A stretch of DNA of 64,000 nucleotides from Candidatus Hydrothermales bacterium. Lineage in GTDB: Bacteria > Hydrothermota > Hydrothermia > Hydrothermales > JAJRUZ01. The notes under the pieces were generated by a model. The model was not told where the DNA came from and did not search any database. It saw only the letters and a list, made by a program, of their open reading frames with translations. Location: positions 56,149 to 120,148 of the forward strand of contig JBCNUW010000004.1 of assembly GCA_039630575.1 (NCBI GenBank), given 5' to 3'. The position numbers and the translations under genes are program-made. The first letter of the stretch is position 1, and every line of letters starts with the position of its first letter. This document shows, one piece after another, positions 19,922-31,106 of this stretch.

Positions 19922-21076
19922 ATGAAAGAAAAAAACTTTCTATATGGTAAAGATGATGAACTTTTGTTCCTTTTTAATAAGGTTACTGAGATTGAGGATC
20001 AAAGAATAAAGGAGTTTGAGAGATTTGTTAAAAGTTTGCCGTTATATTCACCTGAAGAACTATTTAAGCTTCTGGAAAAAGAGGGTTATAGAGGGCAAAT
20101 AGAAGCAAGAAAAATGGTCTGTGTAGCAATTTATAGGCATCTTAAGAGAATAAAGATGATTTACGAAAATAGAATTACCCCAGAGCTCCTGCCAGAGAAA
20201 GTAAATTATATATTTATAGGTCCTACAGGTTCTGGTAAAACCTATATAGTAGAGCTCCTTTTCGGTAAAATCTTGAGAATTCCTTATGTGATAATTGATA
20301 TAACAAAATACAGTGAAACAGGATATGTAGGCGAGAATGTGATAAATATTCCTTACAAATTGATTGAGGCAGCAAGAGGTAATAAATATTTAGCTCAAAT
20401 TGGTGCGGTAATAATTGATGAGTTCGATAAAATTGCAGGATCTCCTAGTAATTTAAGATTTGCTGGAGCAGGGACACAAAAGGATGTCTCTGGTTATGGA
20501 GTCCAAAGGGAGCTTCTAAAACTTCTTGAGCATAAAATATTTGAATATGGTGAGGATCATAATGTAGAAGGAAGGATAAATACAAGAGAAATACTTTTTA
20601 TTGCCCTTGGATCCTTTACTGGCTTTATAAGAGAAATAGAAAGAGATAATATAGGATTTTTAAAGGAAATTGACGAAAATGAAAACATAATAGCATACAA
20701 ATTAAAGGGACAAGAGGAGGATCTTAACAATTTTTTAAAATACGGTTTTTTGCCAGAACTTATTGCAAGATTCCAGAGAATAATACCTTTTGAAGCCCTT
20801 GATAAGAATACTCTTAAAGATATACTTGATCTTAAATTAGAAAAATTAATAAATGAATTCAAATTAGAAGGATTTGATCTTGTTCTTACTGAAAAGGTAA
20901 AAGATCTAATGGTTCAAAAAGCCCTTAAAAAGGGAACAGGAGCAAGAGGAATAGAAAGTGAGCTTTTAAAAGAGCTTGAAAAAGTTGCCTTTAAGATATT
21001 CGGTAAAAATAAAAAGGGTAAAGTTATAATTAATAGTAATAAAGATAAGATAGAGTCTAAAATAATTTTTAAATAG
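19922..21076 (+). CDS. ClpX-like AAA+ ATPase lacking the N-terminal zinc-binding domain
   Basis: GPTGSGKT, TGYVGE pore loop, IDEFDKI, DVSGYGVQRELLK, IGF loop, GARG. Confidence 0.8.
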   Translation: MKEKNFLYGKDDELLFLFNKVTEIEDQRIKEFERFVKSLPLYSPEELFKLLEKEGYRGQIEARKMVCVAIYRHLKRIKMIYENRITPELLPEKVNYIFIGPTGSGKTYIVELLFGKILRIPYVIIDITKYSETGYVGENVINIPYKLIEAARGNKYLAQIGAVIIDEFDKIAGSPSNLRFAGAGTQKDVSGYGVQRELLKLLEHKIFEYGEDHNVEGRINTREILFIALGSFTGFIREIERDNIGFLKEIDENENIIAYKLKGQEEDLNNFLKYGFLPELIARFQRIIPFEALDKNTLKDILDLKLEKLINEFKLEGFDLVLTEKVKDLMVQKALKKGTGARGIESELLKELEKVAFKIFGKNKKGKVIINSNKDKIESKIIFK

Positions 21077-22001
21077 GACTTTTATACAGAAAAGAAAACT
21101 TTTTTTGGGAAATCTTTGCCTCTATGTCTCCCCTTTTTAATCTTGAGACTTCACCATCAAGTTGTATTAAGGAGTCTTCCTTTAATGATAGTTTTAGATC
21201 TTTTGTTTTAAAGTACAAACATTCTGGTAGAGAAAGGTGTGTTCCTTTGATTACATGATGTAGTTTTTTTAAAACTTCAGTCTTTTTCATATTTTTGATT
21301 ATGCAAACAGAAATCTCTTCTTTAAAAGGAGATGCATCAGGAAATAGGTGAAAGCCTCCACCAAGATATTTACCTAATCCAAGTCCTAAAAGAATGTACT
21401 TTCCCATCAGATAATTATTATCGTCTTTTATTTCCATTTCATATGATATGTTACCTTTCAGTTCGATTAAAAGGGAAAGTAGGTATCTTAGTAAACCTCT
21501 TAAGTTTTTAATTCTAAGTGCTCTCTCTGCGATTTTGGCATCAAATCCAATACCAGCTGCATTGGTAAAAAGTAGTTTTCCCTCTTTTGTTATTATTTCT
21601 CCAGTAAAGCTCTCCATAACGATCCCTTCTTTAAAAACTTCGTAAAAGAAATTTAGATCTTTCTTTTTTCCAAAAATAGTCTTAAGAAAATCGTTACCAG
21701 ACCCAGAAGGAAAAAGACAGAAGGGTATTTTGAAATCAAAAGGTAAGTTATTAACAATGTGAAAAAGAGTTCCGTCACCTCCCAGAACAATAATTTTATG
21801 AACCCCTTTTTCCTTTAATCTTAAAAGATTTTCTTTTATATTAATCTTTTTTTCCAGTTTCTCAACATAATATTTTAATTTATCTATCCTAAGTCTTTCT
21901 TTTAGCCACTTTAATACCTCAAAAGATCTTCCAGAACCTGAATAGGGATTGAAAATTACACCTACTTTAATCCCTTTTCTCTTCTTTTTGTGATTTTTCA
22001 A
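21069..22001 (-). CDS. Diacylglycerol kinase family (YegS/BmrU) lipid kinase
   Basis: [31 protein letters not shown]. Confidence 0.9.
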   Translation of the reverse strand: MKNHKKKRKGIKVGVIFNPYSGSGRSFEVLKWLKERLRIDKLKYYVEKLEKKINIKENLLRLKEKGVHKIIVLGGDGTLFHIVNNLPFDFKIPFCLFPSGSGNDFLKTIFGKKKDLNFFYEVFKEGIVMESFTGEIITKEGKLLFTNAAGIGFDAKIAERALRIKNLRGLLRYLLSLLIELKGNISYEMEIKDDNNYLMGKYILLGLGLGKYLGGGFHLFPDASPFKEEISVCIIKNMKKTEVLKKLHHVIKGTHLSLPECLYFKTKDLKLSLKEDSLIQLDGEVSRLKRGDIEAKISQKKFSFLYKSPI

Positions 22002-22980
22002 AAATTTCTTTCTTTAGCTCTTTTTCTATTTCACTAAAGAGAGTTTGATTTTCTTCAAATAATTTTCTCACGTTATCTTTTCCTTGTCCCAACTGTTTTC
22101 CTTTGTAGGCATACCATGCTCCTGATCTTTGAATTATACCTTTTTCAACTGCAAGATCAATTAGTTCACTCTCCTTTGAAATTCCTTTACCGTAAAGTAT
22201 ATCAAAAGTTGCCTCTTTAAAAGGTGGAGCAAGTTTATTTTTTACTACTTTCACTTTAACTCTGTTTCCTATTACTTCATCATCTACCTTTATTGTTTCA
22301 ACTTTTTTTATTTCAAGTCTTAAAGAAGCATGAAACTTTAAAGCCAACCCTCCTGGTGTAGTTTCTGGATTACCATACAACACTCCGATTCTGTGTCTTA
22401 TCTGATTTATAAAAATTGCGCAAGTTTTTGATTTATTTAATACACCCGCCAGTTTTCTCATAGCTTGGGACATGAGTCTTGCCTGTAAACCCACATGGGA
22501 TTCTCCCATTTCTCCCATTATTTCAGCTTTAGGTACAAGGGCTGCCACTGAATCAACGACTATTAAGTCAACTGCTCCTGATCGTACCAAAGTTTCAGCT
22601 ATCTCCAAAGCCTGCTCACCTGTATCTGGTTGAGAAATCCACAGTTCCGATAGATTCACTCCAAGTTTTTCAGCGTATACTGGATCAAGTGCATGTTCTG
22701 CATCTATAAAAGCTGCAATTCCGTCTTCTTTTTGAACTTCTGCTATCGCATGAAGTGCAAGGGTAGTTTTTCCTGATGCTTCAGGACCATATATTTCTAC
22801 TATTCTTCCTCTAGGATATCCACCTATTCCTATAGCAAGATCAAGAGAAATTGAACCTGTAGGTATTACAGGGACTTTTATAAGTTCCCTTTCACCAAGT
22901 CTCATTATAGCACCTTTACCGTGAATTTTCTCTATCTGTTTTATTGCTAAATCCATTGCTTTTTTCCTTTCATCTTTCAT
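21967..22980 (-). CDS. recA: Recombinase RecA (start moved to the ATG at 22980)
   Basis: [30 protein letters not shown]; no intein. Confidence 0.98.
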   Translation of the reverse strand: MKDERKKAMDLAIKQIEKIHGKGAIMRLGERELIKVPVIPTGSISLDLAIGIGGYPRGRIVEIYGPEASGKTTLALHAIAEVQKEDGIAAFIDAEHALDPVYAEKLGVNLSELWISQPDTGEQALEIAETLVRSGAVDLIVVDSVAALVPKAEIMGEMGESHVGLQARLMSQAMRKLAGVLNKSKTCAIFINQIRHRIGVLYGNPETTPGGLALKFHASLRLEIKKVETIKVDDEVIGNRVKVKVVKNKLAPPFKEATFDILYGKGISKESELIDLAVEKGIIQRSGAWYAYKGKQLGQGKDNVRKLFEENQTLFSEIEKELKKEIFEKSQKEEKRD

Positions 22981-22982
22981 TT

Positions 22983-24224
22983 TTAACCCTCGAACTTTTT
23001 GAATAAAAGAGAGCAATTATGTCCTCCAAAACCAAAAGAATTTGAAAGTGCGTATCTTATCTTTACTTCTCTTGCTCCATCTTTTACATAGTCAAGGTCA
23101 CACTCAGGATCAGGATATTCAAGGTTTATTGTAGGGTGAACTTTTTGATGATATATAGCAAGAACGGTAACTCCAGCTTCTAAGGCTCCTGCTCCTCCAA
23201 GTAAGTGTCCCACCATACTTTTTGTTGAATTTACAGGTATCTTATAGGCTCTCTCCCCCAGAAGTCTCTTTATTGCTAAAGTTTCAGCTACATCCCCTCT
23301 GGGTGTTGCTGTTCCATGGGAATTTATATAGTCTATTTCTTTCGGATCCAAAGAAGCACTATCACAGGCCATTTTCATTGACCTGTAAGCTCCATCTCCA
23401 TCAACACAAGGAGCAGTTATGTGGTATGCATCAGCAGTTGCTCCATATCCGACGAGTTCAGCATAAATCCTTGCTCCTCTTTTCATAGCACTTTCTTTTT
23501 CTTCGAGTATAAGTACAGCACATCCTTCACCCATAACAAATCCGTCTCTTAACTTATCAAAAGGTCTTGAAGCCTTTTCCGGCTCATCGTTTCTTGTTGA
23601 TAATGCTTTCATGTTACCAAAACCCGCAAGTGCAATCGGAGTTAAAGGTGCTTCTGAACCTCCAACTACTATAGCCTTAGCATGTCCGTTTTTAATAAGT
23701 AGCATAGCTTCACCAATAGCATGGGCACTAGAAGCACAGGCAGAAACAACTGAAAAATTAGGACCTTTAAATCCATATTTAATCGAAATAACACCAGATG
23801 CTATATCTGGTATCATCATAGGTACAAGAAAGGGAGACACCCATTTAACACCCTTCTCATACATTTTTCTAATCTCTTCCTCTAATGTAATTATTCCACC
23901 TATTCCAGATGAGATTATGACTCCCACATCTTCCCCTTTGTAAGGAATACCGTTAGCCCATCCTGCATCCTGTAAGGCTTCCTCAGTCACATAAAGAGAG
24001 TATACCGTAAAAAGATCCTGTTTTTTTATCTCCTTACTAGATAATCTTTCTTCTGGATTAAAATTTTTTATTTCAGCTGCAATTTTTGATGGTAAATTTG
24101 AAGTATCAAATCTTTCTATCCTCGAGACCCCACTTTTACCCTTCAATAAATTCTCAAAATTTTCATCTTTATTTTTACCCAGTGATGTAAGTATTCCAAT
24201 TCCAGTTACAACTACTTCCTTCAT
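22983..24224 (-). CDS. fabF: Beta-ketoacyl-ACP synthase II
   Basis: [30 protein letters not shown]. Confidence 0.96.
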   Translation of the reverse strand: MKEVVVTGIGILTSLGKNKDENFENLLKGKSGVSRIERFDTSNLPSKIAAEIKNFNPEERLSSKEIKKQDLFTVYSLYVTEEALQDAGWANGIPYKGEDVGVIISSGIGGIITLEEEIRKMYEKGVKWVSPFLVPMMIPDIASGVISIKYGFKGPNFSVVSACASSAHAIGEAMLLIKNGHAKAIVVGGSEAPLTPIALAGFGNMKALSTRNDEPEKASRPFDKLRDGFVMGEGCAVLILEEKESAMKRGARIYAELVGYGATADAYHITAPCVDGDGAYRSMKMACDSASLDPKEIDYINSHGTATPRGDVAETLAIKRLLGERAYKIPVNSTKSMVGHLLGGAGALEAGVTVLAIYHQKVHPTINLEYPDPECDLDYVKDGAREVKIRYALSNSFGFGGHNCSLLFKKFEG

Positions 24225-24457
24225 GTTTTTAGTTTATTTTGAATATACTCAACTGCATCTTTTACTGTTCTGATTTTTTCAGCATCTTCATCAGGAACTT
24301 CAATTCCAAATTTTTCCTCTATCTTCATAACAAGCTCAACTACATCTAAAGAGTCAGCACCTAAATCCTCTTGAAATCTAGCTTCCATTGTAACTTGTTC
24401 TGGAGTTACATTCAATTCTTCTACAATTATGTCTCTCAGAGTTGCAAAAACATCCAT
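24221..24457 (-). CDS. acpP: Acyl carrier protein
   Basis: [14 protein letters not shown] motif; SD AGGAGG. Confidence 0.97.
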   Translation of the reverse strand: MDVFATLRDIIVEELNVTPEQVTMEARFQEDLGADSLDVVELVMKIEEKFGIEVPDEDAEKIRTVKDAVEYIQNKLKT

Positions 24458-24480
24458 TAAAATTCCTCCTTTTTATTACT

Positions 24481-24491
24481 GGAATTGAACC
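24481..24491 (-). promoter_or_regulatory. T-loop-like leader motif GGTTCAATTCC, 23 nt upstream of acpP
   Basis: TGG-TTCAATT-CCA downstream of a TTGCTT-18 nt-TAAAAT promoter. Confidence 0.6.
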
Positions 24492-24550
24492 ATTTGAAAA
24501 TAAATTTTAATTTTATTAAAATATAAAAAGCAAGTTAAAGAAAAAATCAA

Positions 24551-24634
24551 GCCGGGGTGACGGAACCGGTAGACGTAGGGGACTTAAAATCCCCTGGGGG
24601 AGACCCCGTGCGGGTTCGAGTCCCGCCCCCGGCA
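24551..24634 (+). tRNA. tRNA-Leu(TAA); CCA not encoded
   Basis: GCCGGGG/CCCCGGC acceptor stem, GGGGA-CTTAAAA-TCCCC anticodon arm, long variable arm, GGTTCGAGTCC; promoter TTGAAA(24494)-17 nt-TAAAAT(24517). Confidence 0.95.
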
Positions 24635-24644
24635 GGCTATACAG

Positions 24645-24911
24645 ATGGCTTCTCGTAAAATTTTCACAATAAGAAATGTCATTGCCGTTATCCTTGCAGG
24701 AGCTCTAGGTGATATTTTAGGTGTTATTCTCAAAAACTTTATACCAAAATCTCCTGCAAGGGATGTAATACTTTACAGTTCAAAGGTTGGTTTAGAAGAA
24801 CTAAAAATTAATCTCATTATAATAGATTTTAAATTTGGATTTATTCTCTCAATTAACATATTATCTTTTGTTCTTATTTTTCTTATGATATATCTTTTAC
24901 AAAAAATTTGA
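24645..24911 (+). CDS. Small membrane protein (DUF4321-like)
   Basis: Two hydrophobic segments; INLIIIDFKFGF..INILS pattern. Confidence 0.65.
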   Translation: MASRKIFTIRNVIAVILAGALGDILGVILKNFIPKSPARDVILYSSKVGLEELKINLIIIDFKFGFILSINILSFVLIFLMIYLLQKI

Positions 24912-26041
24912 GAGATACATCCTTTATATTACTTGGAGCAGGAAAGGGAGAAAGGATCGGAAAACCAAAAATTTTCCTAAGAATTGAAGGAAAACCGCTT
25001 TATCTATATTTAATAGAAAAGCTTGAAAATATTAAGTTTATTGGAGAGACAATTTTGGCTTGTCCACCAAAATTTAAGTCAGAAATTAAAAATGAAATTA
25101 AAAACAGAAAATTTAAGTTTAATGTAAAAATAATTGAGGGTGGAAAGACAAGATGTGAAAGTATGGAAAAAGCAGTTAAAAAGGCTAAGTTCGAATACGT
25201 TTTTATTCATGATCTTGCAAGACCATTTTTCTCTACCTCTTTAATATTAAATATGAAAAAAAAACTTAAAAAAGCTGAAATTGTTGTTCCATATTTTTCA
25301 CCATATGATACTTGTGTTTATGAGGGTGAAAAAATACAAAGAGAGAAAGTAAAGTTAATTCACACACCACAGGCAACAAAAAAGAGTTTAATATTAAAAG
25401 CTCTTAAAAAAACCAAAAGAAGGAATTATTCTGATGAAAGTACTTTACTTAAAGATGTTTTAAATATTAATCCCCTTTATATAGAAGACTCTTTTTTAAA
25501 TTTTAAGATCACATATAACAAGGATCTTTTTGATATAAATTATTTTTTAAATCACTTTTCTTTTAGGATAGGTTTTGGTTTTGATATTCACAGAATTGTA
25601 AAAGGTAAAAAGAGCCTCTTTGTAGGTGGAATAGCTATAAAAAGGGGTATTTACGCGGTTGGGCATTCAGATGGTGACGCCGTTATACACTCTCTATGCG
25701 ACGCCTTACTGGGAATTACTGGAAGGGGAGATATAGGTGATTTTTTTCCAGATACTGAAAATAGATGGAAAGGCAAAAGATCTGTTATTTTTTTAAAAAA
25801 AATTTTTAAAATTTTTAAAGGTGATGGTTTTGAAATTTCAAATATCGATATAACTATCTTACTTGATACACCCAAACTTGGTGAGAAGAAGAGAAAAATA
25901 AAGGAAAAAATAGCTAAAGTTTTGAGAATTAAACCAGAGGTTATAAGTATAAAAGCGAAAACAACTGAGGGATTATTTAAAGATTTTATCTTTGCTTATA
26001 CTATTTTAACAGCAAAATCCTCATGCAAAATCCAAACTTAA
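24908..26041 (+). CDS. ispDF: Bifunctional IspD/IspF (MEP pathway)
   Basis: GAGKGER, HDLARPF and TPQ (IspD); GFDIH, HSDGD and KAKTTEG (IspF). Confidence 0.92.
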   Translation: MRDTSFILLGAGKGERIGKPKIFLRIEGKPLYLYLIEKLENIKFIGETILACPPKFKSEIKNEIKNRKFKFNVKIIEGGKTRCESMEKAVKKAKFEYVFIHDLARPFFSTSLILNMKKKLKKAEIVVPYFSPYDTCVYEGEKIQREKVKLIHTPQATKKSLILKALKKTKRRNYSDESTLLKDVLNINPLYIEDSFLNFKITYNKDLFDINYFLNHFSFRIGFGFDIHRIVKGKKSLFVGGIAIKRGIYAVGHSDGDAVIHSLCDALLGITGRGDIGDFFPDTENRWKGKRSVIFLKKIFKIFKGDGFEISNIDITILLDTPKLGEKKRKIKEKIAKVLRIKPEVISIKAKTTEGLFKDFIFAYTILTAKSSCKIQT

Positions 26042-27367
26042 AATACCTTGTGATGAAGTATAATACATTTTTTCTTCTACTTTAAAGTAAACTGTTATAC
26101 CTAAAAGACCAATTTTCTCTAAAATACTTTTAAATTCTCCAAATTCATCTTCCTTTAAAAAAATATCTGGTTCAGGTATAAAGTTTATAATATTCTTTGA
26201 TAGAGTCTTTAAGTTTTTTAAAAGGGGTTCTATATTTTGTTCTTTTATGCTAAATCCGCAAGCAAAAGGATGCCCTCCAAATTCCTCAAACAGATATGAT
26301 GTTTCCCTCAATAATTTAAGAACTGAAAGTGGTGGTTTAGATCTTGCTTCTCCCACCCACATATTCCCTTTTTTTGTAATACATATTGAGGGGAAACCAC
26401 TTTCTTTTAAAAATCTTGAAGCTATCCAACCTGCGTATCTTGGATTTATATTCTTTGATTTTATAAGGGTTATGTTCGTTTCACTCTGCCAAAAGTTTTT
26501 TGAATTAAATAGGGACTCTTCAAAATTTTTTTGCTCTTCAATGTATTTAGATATTATTTCCTTCATTATTTCCCTTTTTATTCTCTCGTCTTCTTCTCTT
26601 AAAAGTTCTGTAATAAGATGTGTTCCATCTTTTGCAGAAACAAAAGGAATTATTTTTGAAATTCCTCTAAATTCCAGAGGTTTTGTGTTGACTTCACTGA
26701 AAATTTTATAAATTTCAGTTTCCGGAAAAACTATTTGAGATTTTTTTAAAACAAAACCATTTACTGAATAAGGTGGTACTTTATCTGAAAGAACTGATAG
26801 ACCTGAGAGATAGGTAAAATCAAAGAACTTTTTTTCTTTCCAGAGTTTTTCACCAAATTTTAAGAAAAGTATTACAAATACAAGCACAGCGTTGGACAAA
26901 AATGGAAATCCATTTCCTAAAAAGGGATGTATCAAATTTTCTTCCTCAAAATTCCCTTCAGAGTGATGATCTATTATAAAACTGTCGTATCCTAGTTCCC
27001 TTAAAAGCTTTATTTCATTTCTGTTTGAAAGACCACAGTCCACTGTTATTAAGAAATCAAAATTTTCATTTATAAATCTCTCAATCACACTGTTAGAAAC
27101 ACCGTAAGACTCATTCTCTCTTGATGGAAGGTAAGTTTTAAACTCTATTCCAAGCTCTCTTAGAAGAACCTCAATACCATATAAGGAAGCTATTCCATCT
27201 AGGTCTTCATGACCTATCACATATATCTTTTCTCCAAACTCTTTTTTTTCTTCTAAAATTTCATAAAATTTAGTTATATTCTCATAATGTAAAGGATTAG
27301 GTTCAGTTTCAGGGAGTAAAAGTTCTGGCTTTTCTATTAATCTTTTTATTATATCTTTTCCTTCCAT
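26021..27367 (-). CDS. Divergent RecJ-like DHH/DHHA1 phosphoesterase
   Basis: DLDG, YG, TVDCG, DHH, SD and GGHPFACG motifs. Confidence 0.8.
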   Translation of the reverse strand: MEGKDIIKRLIEKPELLLPETEPNPLHYENITKFYEILEEKKEFGEKIYVIGHEDLDGIASLYGIEVLLRELGIEFKTYLPSRENESYGVSNSVIERFINENFDFLITVDCGLSNRNEIKLLRELGYDSFIIDHHSEGNFEEENLIHPFLGNGFPFLSNAVLVFVILFLKFGEKLWKEKKFFDFTYLSGLSVLSDKVPPYSVNGFVLKKSQIVFPETEIYKIFSEVNTKPLEFRGISKIIPFVSAKDGTHLITELLREEDERIKREIMKEIISKYIEEQKNFEESLFNSKNFWQSETNITLIKSKNINPRYAGWIASRFLKESGFPSICITKKGNMWVGEARSKPPLSVLKLLRETSYLFEEFGGHPFACGFSIKEQNIEPLLKNLKTLSKNIINFIPEPDIFLKEDEFGEFKSILEKIGLLGITVYFKVEEKMYYTSSQGILSLDFA

Positions 27368-28314
27368 TTTTTTAGCATATTTAAAACTGTGTTTTCCCAA
27401 GTAAAATTCTTAACTCTCTCATAAGCCTTATTTACTTTTATTTCGATATTCTCCTTTTTTTCTTCCAAAAATTTTATTATACCCTCTTTTATATCCTCTT
27501 TATCAAATCCTTTTAAGTAAAAAAGGTTTTCTCCAGCATATTCTTTAAAAACACTTAAAGGTGAAGCAATAACAGGTTTTTTTAAAGAGATTGCCTCAAG
27601 AATAGGTAAACCAAAACCTTCACAAAAGCTCGGAAATACCAAGGCTATACATTTTTCATATAAATAAAATATCTCGCTTTGATCAAAAATTTTTCTAAAC
27701 CATAAAGTAGTTTTATTATCTATTTCTTGTTCAACCTCTTCATAACCAAACCCTTCTTTACCTGCTAATAGGAGATAATAATTTTTTAAATTCAATTCTT
27801 TGAAGGCTCTTATTAGGTTTACTAAATTTTTTCTTTTTTGAACAACTCCTACAAAGAGAAAGAAATTTTCCTTAATATTTTCAACTTTCTTCTGATTTTT
27901 CACTATTTTTACCCCTGGATAAATCACTTCTATTTTCTCCTCAAAACCGTAAAATTTTATAATATTTTCTCTTGTAAATTTAGATGGAACAAATACAATA
28001 TCTGATCTATCAAGAGCCTTTTTAACCTTTTTTCTTGAAATTTCAATTGCTTTTGGTGGAAAAAGCTCAGGATTTGTTTCAAAACATATATCGTGAATTA
28101 TCGTAGTTAAGAGTTTAAATTTTTTAAAATATGGGATCCTACCATCAGGTCCTAAGTAAATATCACCTTTTTCAAAAAGTAGCCTTAAAAAGGGTTTTTT
28201 AATTTCAATTACTTTTTCGCCTCTCTTTTTTAATTCATTAACTAAGTTTATTGTAAAGATTTGTATGCCTGAAAGTGTATATTTTAATGGTGTTGTATCC
28301 ACGAATATTTTCAT
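27349..28314 (-). CDS. Glycosyltransferase family 4
   Basis: IIHD, RKNL, FPSFCEGFGLPILEA. Confidence 0.92.
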   Translation of the reverse strand: MKIFVDTTPLKYTLSGIQIFTINLVNELKKRGEKVIEIKKPFLRLLFEKGDIYLGPDGRIPYFKKFKLLTTIIHDICFETNPELFPPKAIEISRKKVKKALDRSDIVFVPSKFTRENIIKFYGFEEKIEVIYPGVKIVKNQKKVENIKENFFLFVGVVQKRKNLVNLIRAFKELNLKNYYLLLAGKEGFGYEEVEQEIDNKTTLWFRKIFDQSEIFYLYEKCIALVFPSFCEGFGLPILEAISLKKPVIASPLSVFKEYAGENLFYLKGFDKEDIKEGIIKFLEEKKENIEIKVNKAYERVKNFTWENTVLNMLKKWKEKI

Positions 28315-28318
28315 GTGC

Positions 28319-29371
28319 TTAATATGGAAATTTATTTAATTTTTTTCTAATTCTTTCTTCCAATTCAAGTGATAAATTTTTAAATAACTTATTTAGATTT
28401 AAAATTTTTAATAAATAATAAAATTTCCTATACTTTTTGAAATTCCTATTAAAGGTTAAATAAAAAAAGTCAAAGTAACTTTTTTTCTTTATGTCTTCTT
28501 CTTTTTTTATCTTAAAAAGAAAATTATTAACTCTTTCAAGATAGTTATGTTTATTTATGACTACATTTTTAGCTTTTTCCTTCATTTCTTCTCTTTTTTC
28601 ATCTCTTTCAAGGAAATATTCAATTTTTTTATAAATTTCATCTTTATTTTTATAAATAACAACCTCATTTTCATTATATATCTCGTTTATATGCTTTATA
28701 AAAGGAGAAAATAAAAGGGAGCCACAGGCAGGAACTTCAAAGGTTCTCATGTTAATATCTTTTCTTACAGGTAGGTTAAAGCCAATTTTCCCTTTACTTT
28801 GAATTTTTGCCATCTCTTCAAGGTATATTTTTTCCTTGACAAGGATCTTAATTCCCTTTAAATTATTCTCCATTTCTTTAAAAAATTTTTCTCTTTCTTT
28901 GTTTAGATGCCCTATAAAAACTATGTCGTATTCTTTTATTTTAAACCACTCTTTATGAATTTCTGGGTCACAGGCAAGGGGAAGCCAATTAGGATTTATA
29001 CCATATTTTTTAAACCAAGGAATAAGTGATTTTTGGGCAACGAAGACATAATCAAATAATTTGGCAAAATTCTTATGCCACCTATAGTTTAAATGGCTAT
29101 CAATAAGCCAAACTGCCTTTTTAACTTTTACATCTAAAAGATCTTCAATGAAAAAACCCTTACCAGGGTCTGTTTCTACATATAAAAAAAGATCAGGTTC
29201 AAATATTTCTTTAAAAATTTTTTTAAGATTTAATATATGTGAACTTAGAAAATAATCTGTCCCTTCATCATAAGAAACAAAAACTGTATCTGGTTCTTTT
29301 CTTTTAAGATATTTATAAAAATAAGAAACAGTTGCAAAAGGTTTATACCCGGAAAATAGAATTATCTTCAT
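28319..29371 (-). CDS. Glycosyltransferase (CgeB/DUF3880-like GT-B)
   Basis: WLPLACDPEIH, INMRTFEVPACG, HNYLER. Confidence 0.85.
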   Translation of the reverse strand: MKIILFSGYKPFATVSYFYKYLKRKEPDTVFVSYDEGTDYFLSSHILNLKKIFKEIFEPDLFLYVETDPGKGFFIEDLLDVKVKKAVWLIDSHLNYRWHKNFAKLFDYVFVAQKSLIPWFKKYGINPNWLPLACDPEIHKEWFKIKEYDIVFIGHLNKEREKFFKEMENNLKGIKILVKEKIYLEEMAKIQSKGKIGFNLPVRKDINMRTFEVPACGSLLFSPFIKHINEIYNENEVVIYKNKDEIYKKIEYFLERDEKREEMKEKAKNVVINKHNYLERVNNFLFKIKKEEDIKKKSYFDFFYLTFNRNFKKYRKFYYLLKILNLNKLFKNLSLELEERIRKKLNKFPY

Positions 29372-30491
29372 CTATAGCAATTGAAAGACCTATAAAGAAA
29401 AAAAGGGGTAAAAGAATTTCGTCGGCAAAAATATTTATTTCAAAAAGCCCATACGTCAAAAAGGCAAAAAGATTTAAAAAGTTTAAAAAAGAAAAAATAT
29501 TTCTCTTTGAGTTTCTGTAAAGAATAAGTAGAAGATAAAGGTATAGGGAATAAAGGAAAATAAAGCCAAAAATGCCGAAATAAAAAAGAACTTGTAGATA
29601 ACTTACATGAAAATGATTCATATGCTTTAAAAGATTGAGTTTTTCCTTATTAAAATTTTCTTTTTCAAGTTGTGAGACTATCTTTTCTGTATGGACTCTT
29701 CCATATCCGAAAAACACTCTCTTAAAGAAAAAATCTGGAAAAGCCCTAATAAGTTCTAATCTTTTTTTTAAACTTTCCTCTCTTAATGCCGCTTCTCTTA
29801 AATTTAATGGATTTTTTAAAAGAAATGAAATTGAAAAAATTAAAAATACTATGGCTAAAGGTAAAATTAGTTTTCTTTTGAATTTATAGATCAGAATTAT
29901 TAAGGTTAAAAAGGTTACAATCAGTGCTCCTCTTGAATCAGTTAAAATTAAACCCAGAAGAAGTATTAAAAAGCTTAAAAAAAATATTAATTTTTGGGCT
30001 TTCTTTTTTTTAATAAAAAAAAGTCCCATTGAGAAAACTGTTGGTATCATAAGAAATCCAGAATAGGTAAGAGGGTGAAGAAAAAAACCATGGGCTCTTC
30101 CTTCATTTGCAGTCCCCTTTAAAATGTTGAAAATTGAATATAAAACTGAGATTAAGGAAAAGATTAAAAAAATTTTTAAAATTTTTTCTAACTTAATTTT
30201 TTCATTAAAAATAAAAGCTGTAAGAAGTATTCCAAAATAAAAAAAGTATTCCCTAATCCTTTTGATTGCATCAAAGGGATCATACGATAAAAATGCTGAT
30301 ACTGTATAGGATAATAAAAAAAGAAAGAAGATTAAATAAAAAGTTTTAAATCTTCTTGAAAAGACTACAAATTCCTTAAATTTTATGATCGGAACTATTA
30401 TAAAAGACACAAATAAAATGGATGACAAAGTAATTGAAATTGGGAATGAAATTGGAGCTAAAATATAGATAATTTGTGAGAATATTTTCAT
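29343..30491 (-). CDS. O-antigen ligase family membrane protein
   Basis: Polytopic; RAHGFFLHP, LTDSRG, HFHVSYLQ..GIFG. Confidence 0.8.
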   Translation of the reverse strand: MKIFSQIIYILAPISFPISITLSSILFVSFIIVPIIKFKEFVVFSRRFKTFYLIFFLFLLSYTVSAFLSYDPFDAIKRIREYFFYFGILLTAFIFNEKIKLEKILKIFLIFSLISVLYSIFNILKGTANEGRAHGFFLHPLTYSGFLMIPTVFSMGLFFIKKKKAQKLIFFLSFLILLLGLILTDSRGALIVTFLTLIILIYKFKRKLILPLAIVFLIFSISFLLKNPLNLREAALREESLKKRLELIRAFPDFFFKRVFFGYGRVHTEKIVSQLEKENFNKEKLNLLKHMNHFHVSYLQVLFYFGIFGFIFLYSLYLYLLLILYRNSKRNIFSFLNFLNLFAFLTYGLFEINIFADEILLPLFFFIGLSIAIDEDNSIFRV

Positions 30492-30497
30492 TTAGAA

Positions 30498-30515
30498 ATT
30501 ATAAAAGCTTAAAAT
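30498..30515. promoter_or_regulatory. Back-to-back -10 elements for two leaderless genes
   Basis: TATAAT (minus, 30498-30503) and TAAAAT (plus, 30510-30515), each 6 nt from an ATG. Confidence 0.65.
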
Positions 30516-30521
30516 AATTAA

Positions 30522-31106
30522 ATGCATATAAAAATTATTTATATTATTTTATCCTATTTTTTAGGAGCAATACCATTTGGATATTTATTTGTTAAAACTT
30601 TAAGGGGTATTGACATAAGAAAGTTTGGAAGCGGAAACATAGGTGCTACAAATGTTTTTAGGTATGACAAAAAATTAGGTGCTTTAACCTTAATTTTTGA
30701 TACTGCTAAGTCTTTTCTTCCAACATTCTTTGCTATAAAATTTTTTTCTTTTAATTTCGCAATTTTCGTTGCTTTCTCCTCTATTTTGGGGCATATTACT
30801 TCTCCTTTTCTTAATTTCAGAGGAGGAAAAGGCATTGCTACAGCCTTTGGAGCCTATCTTGCTCTTGCTCCCTTTGCTGTTTTTATAGCTTTCCTTTTCT
30901 TCGTTACCTTTCTTTTACTTTTTAGAATTGTTTCTCTTAGTTCACTTGTTGCCTCATTAGCATGCCTTATAGTTATAGTATTTATTGAGGACTACCCTAT
31001 TTACTTTGATTTTTTGTCTTTAATAGTAGTTTTCATTATTTATCTTGCACATCTTTCAAATATAAAAAGACTTTTGAAAGGAACTGAAAGAAAGATCAAC
31101 TTATAG
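30522..31106 (+). CDS. plsY: Glycerol-3-phosphate acyltransferase PlsY
   Basis: YFLGAIPFG, GSGNIGATN, FRGGKGIAT, HLSNIKRL. Confidence 0.95.
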   Translation: MHIKIIYIILSYFLGAIPFGYLFVKTLRGIDIRKFGSGNIGATNVFRYDKKLGALTLIFDTAKSFLPTFFAIKFFSFNFAIFVAFSSILGHITSPFLNFRGGKGIATAFGAYLALAPFAVFIAFLFFVTFLLLFRIVSLSSLVASLACLIVIVFIEDYPIYFDFLSLIVVFIIYLAHLSNIKRLLKGTERKINL

